This document shows positions 61,605 through 64,000 of a stretch of DNA of 64,000 nt, one piece after another. The translations under genes were made by a program, and so were the position numbers. The stretch is from Psilocybe cubensis (taxonomy: Eukaryota), in assembly GCA_017499595.2 (NCBI GenBank), contig CM039000.1:2108001-2172000 (forward strand). Reading direction: 5' to 3'. Position 1 is the first letter of the stretch. Each line of letters begins with the position of its first letter. The notes beneath the pieces were generated by a model, which was not told the DNA's origin, ran no database searches, and saw nothing but the letters and a program-made list of their open reading frames with translations.

Positions 61605-61884
61605 GTACGTGGCTGAACGAAGACGGCTGCGCACAGTACTCACTCCTCACACAGAGTTGCAACGCCCGTCCTTTGCTGTGTCCTCTCCATTCCATCGGTT
61701 GCATCAACGTTTTAGGGCAAACCATGACATATACAGAAGGTCATCATTTCGCGAGAGTACGTTTTTCGTCTTCTGTCTCTCTTTCTTAAGCACCAGGTTT
61801 TGATCTACAACTTCTCCTTAGCACGCTATACTTACGCCCGAGATACTAGCCATCATCCGCAAGGGCGGGCCCTCCGCAGAATGG

Positions 61885-61980
61885 ACATCTGGAGGGTGAA
61901 GTACCACATACAGACCGAAAAAGCGCAGCAATAGTCTACTGTAGCGTACAACGTAAACAACAGTACTACGGGGGACTTTT
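61885..61980 (+). repeat. Module R copy 5, a short diverged fragment
   Basis: catctggagggtgaagtaccacatacagaccga resembles catctagcgggtgaagtagcacatatagaccga at 60606. Confidence 0.65.
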
Positions 61981-62105
61981 CTGCTATGAAATGACGACCG
62001 AATGCTATCGTGCAAGTGTGACCAAAGATAACACGAAGTCTACTAACGCAGACAGTCTTTGTGCACCGCTGGTCTGTGGATTCGTTGTCGGTGCTTTCAT
62101 GCAGG

Positions 62106-62671
62106 CTAATGCTTTACAAAAAACAGGTTTTTCGGGATTTTGAATGGCCTGGTTTGATTCACTGATTGAATGAAACTAGGGGTTGTTAGTGTCGTCAAAC
62201 TTCATATTGGCATCCGGCCTCACCTTTTGGTCGCAAAATCAGCTAAAATTCTGTCGCGCCCCCCGAGGTTTACCAATTCTTGGTGTTTTCCTTTCTTAAA
62301 GACGACAATATCACCCTTCCAATTGCGCACTCTCCATCTCCGAATGCTTCTGTTAGGGGGGAGCCTGCAATGGTTCTTGACAAAGACATGAAACTGCGCA
62401 ATCTTCCCTCTATTCGAAATTGAAACAATAGCATCGTGGATGTATGGCTGCAGGCGTTTCCCTCCCATGACCAGGTCGAGACGGGGGCTTCTGCCGCTTG
62501 TGTTCTGAAGGGTGTGTATCGCTTTGTTCACGGGTCTTTCTGCGTGCGCGCCATAGTAGCGCGCTCTTAATGATAGCGAGGTGTCCTGGAATCCTTAAGA
62601 AGAACGTCAAGTATCCTCGCGAAATTGCTCACCCTAGTCCGTGGGATATATTTAGCAAGTGCAGAAACCAT
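62106..62671 (-). CDS. Small basic uncharacterised protein, 3 exons (QPYIHD / GDIVV / VNLGGRD motifs)
   Basis: MVSALAKYIPRTR|DTSLSLRARYYG...QPYIHDAIV...FHVFVKNHCRLPPN...KGDIVVFKKG...VNLGGRDRILADFATK|SFIQ...KH* splices in frame. Confidence 0.75.
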
Positions 62672-63007
62672 AGTTTGGCGGGACTGAATGACGGTAGAGG
62701 GTGAATGTGGGTGTATAGGGTTGAAAGAGAGGTTGAAGGTACAGGACCAGTGAGTTTTAACATAATCATTCACGACGCCTTTGATACAAAGAAGTTGTTT
62801 GGCCCAGGTTTCCATCAAAAGCACTCGAATGGGCATGCGCTCGCTTCCTTCAATCCGCGCCGGTTCGGCGCGGCGCATTTAACAAAGGAAGATACGGTGT
62901 GTTCACTTGCTCGTCCTTTGACAAAGAACCTGGCATGGCTTATACTTGATCGTCAGTATTTCCATCTTGTAAGAGCGCCACTCCCAATCATCACACCAGA
63001 TCCAAGC

Positions 63008-64000
63008 ATGGACGACGCTTCGATGGAAAATCTCTCTCTGCCGGGAGCCTTCAACAGCTCCCCTACAGAGCAAATGGATATCACCTCCAGCGACGACGTC
63101 ACCCGCAATCATCCAGGACCGTCCCAGACTCCCCAATCCCCTACAGAGCAAATGGATATCACCTCCAGCGACGACGACGCCCGCAATCATCCAGGACCGT
63201 CCCAGACTCCCCAATTACAGTCCCAGATTCTCAAACCACAAGAATCGGGCAAGCGAAAAAGGAGTGATCATGAAGAGATATCGTCGAGAAAGTTAATTGC
63301 AGTCGAGCCTGAGTATCTTCAAGAACTCGAGTTCGCGGTAACTCACTTCAATTGCCGTCTCAAATTTTAACTCAACATACCGTTGTATTCAAGGTTGATG
63401 AGTTGACTAAGAAGCTCAAATCGAAGGATAAAGAAATAAAGCGCCTTCAGAGCATAGAGCCGAGCGTCAACGATTTGAAAGATGCTGAAATTCGACACCT
63501 TCGCGTTGTAGAGCAAAAGGTTGAGACTTTGATTATTGGAAAGATATATGTACTAATAGTAATGTATCATCCAGATATCCAAAGAGAAATCGGCGTCTGA
63601 TGGGGCATATAAGACCTTACAATCCCAATTCGAAGACTATAAACGAGTACGTTTCCCAGGCTTCATGTTATCGTACCTGCGTTTAAGCATCGAACAGGAC
63701 GTGGATCGCCAACATAAAGAAGCATCCCGTGCTAAAGAGCACGAAATGTCTGAGGTATGTAGTCTACCAAAAATCAGAAGCATCAGCCTCTCATTGCTAG
63801 CTGTTTTCAAGCTGGAAGCAAAGTTCAAACAACAAATCGAAGAACTCCAAATTCATCATGACCGTACGGTGGAGGAATTAAACAAAAAGGTTGAATCCCA
63901 GTCTCTTCAGATTTCATCTCTGGTGGAAGACAGTCTTGAAGAATCAGAAACTGCGAAAATATTGCTAAATGAACCCGATGGAGAGGGGTCCAATATCTTG
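63008..64000 (+). CDS. Coiled-coil protein, multi-exon, runs off the window end
   Basis: MDDASMENL...GKRKR (NLS-like)...ELEFA|VDELTKKLKSKDKEIKRLQ..., with GT-AG introns. Confidence 0.65.
63059..63215 (+). repeat. In-frame 78-bp tandem duplication
   Basis: SPTEQMDITSSDD..RNHPGPSQTPQ is encoded twice with only a few substitutions. Confidence 0.95.

Larger units (their letters stand above)
32896..64000. mobile_element. Putative giant CACTA/CMC-EnSpm DNA transposon; left end at CACTG 32896, right end not in the window
   Basis: CACTG terminus followed at once by dense subterminal repeats, an internal Tnp2-family transposase, captured gene fragments and no intact housekeeping gene. That all of this is one element is inferred. 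Confidence 0.6.

Noticed and set aside
32896-64000. Starship, Helitron or KDZ identity for the large element
   Set aside because: No DUF3435 tyrosine recombinase, Rep/helicase or KDZ/TET-JBP motifs were seen. The transposase motifs and CACTG terminus fit the CMC/EnSpm superfamily.

Overview
Intron-rich fungal genomic DNA, most consistent with an agaricomycete (mushroom-forming basidiomycete). Bases 1 to ~27,100 are ordinary host genes: an uncharacterised protein, an E2 ubiquitin-conjugating enzyme, ASH2/BRE2, a PhoD-like phosphatase, a PAP2 lipid phosphatase, GH63 glucosidase I (CWH41), SNZ1/PDX1, an intron-containing tRNA-Ser(GCT) and SER1. From 32,896 to the window end the sequence looks like one giant (>31 kb, right end not seen) CACTA/CMC-EnSpm-type DNA transposon. 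It starts with CACTG, followed by 17 exact TGTTTGA/TCAAACA subterminal repeats. It contains (i) a ~7 kb mosaic of captured, mutated host-gene fragments, all on the minus strand (importin-beta, DOA10, an AGC-type kinase, SFC1 and an unknown gene), mixed with LINE debris; (ii) an apparently intact spliced Tnp2-family transposase; (iii) apparently intact cargo genes: a full-domain Spt5/NusG paralogue, a RING-finger protein, a WD40 protein and several unknown proteins; and (iv) a multi-copy non-coding module R built around an 83-nt hairpin whose loop is flipped between copies. Two R copies form near-identical 1.28 kb inverted repeats around the 16 kb gene core. The best candidate for an undescribed system is a transposon that carries its own Spt5-like elongation factor together with a repeated hairpin/promoter-leader module. 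All homology calls are from recalled family motifs and none was checked by a search. Exon boundaries were read by eye.
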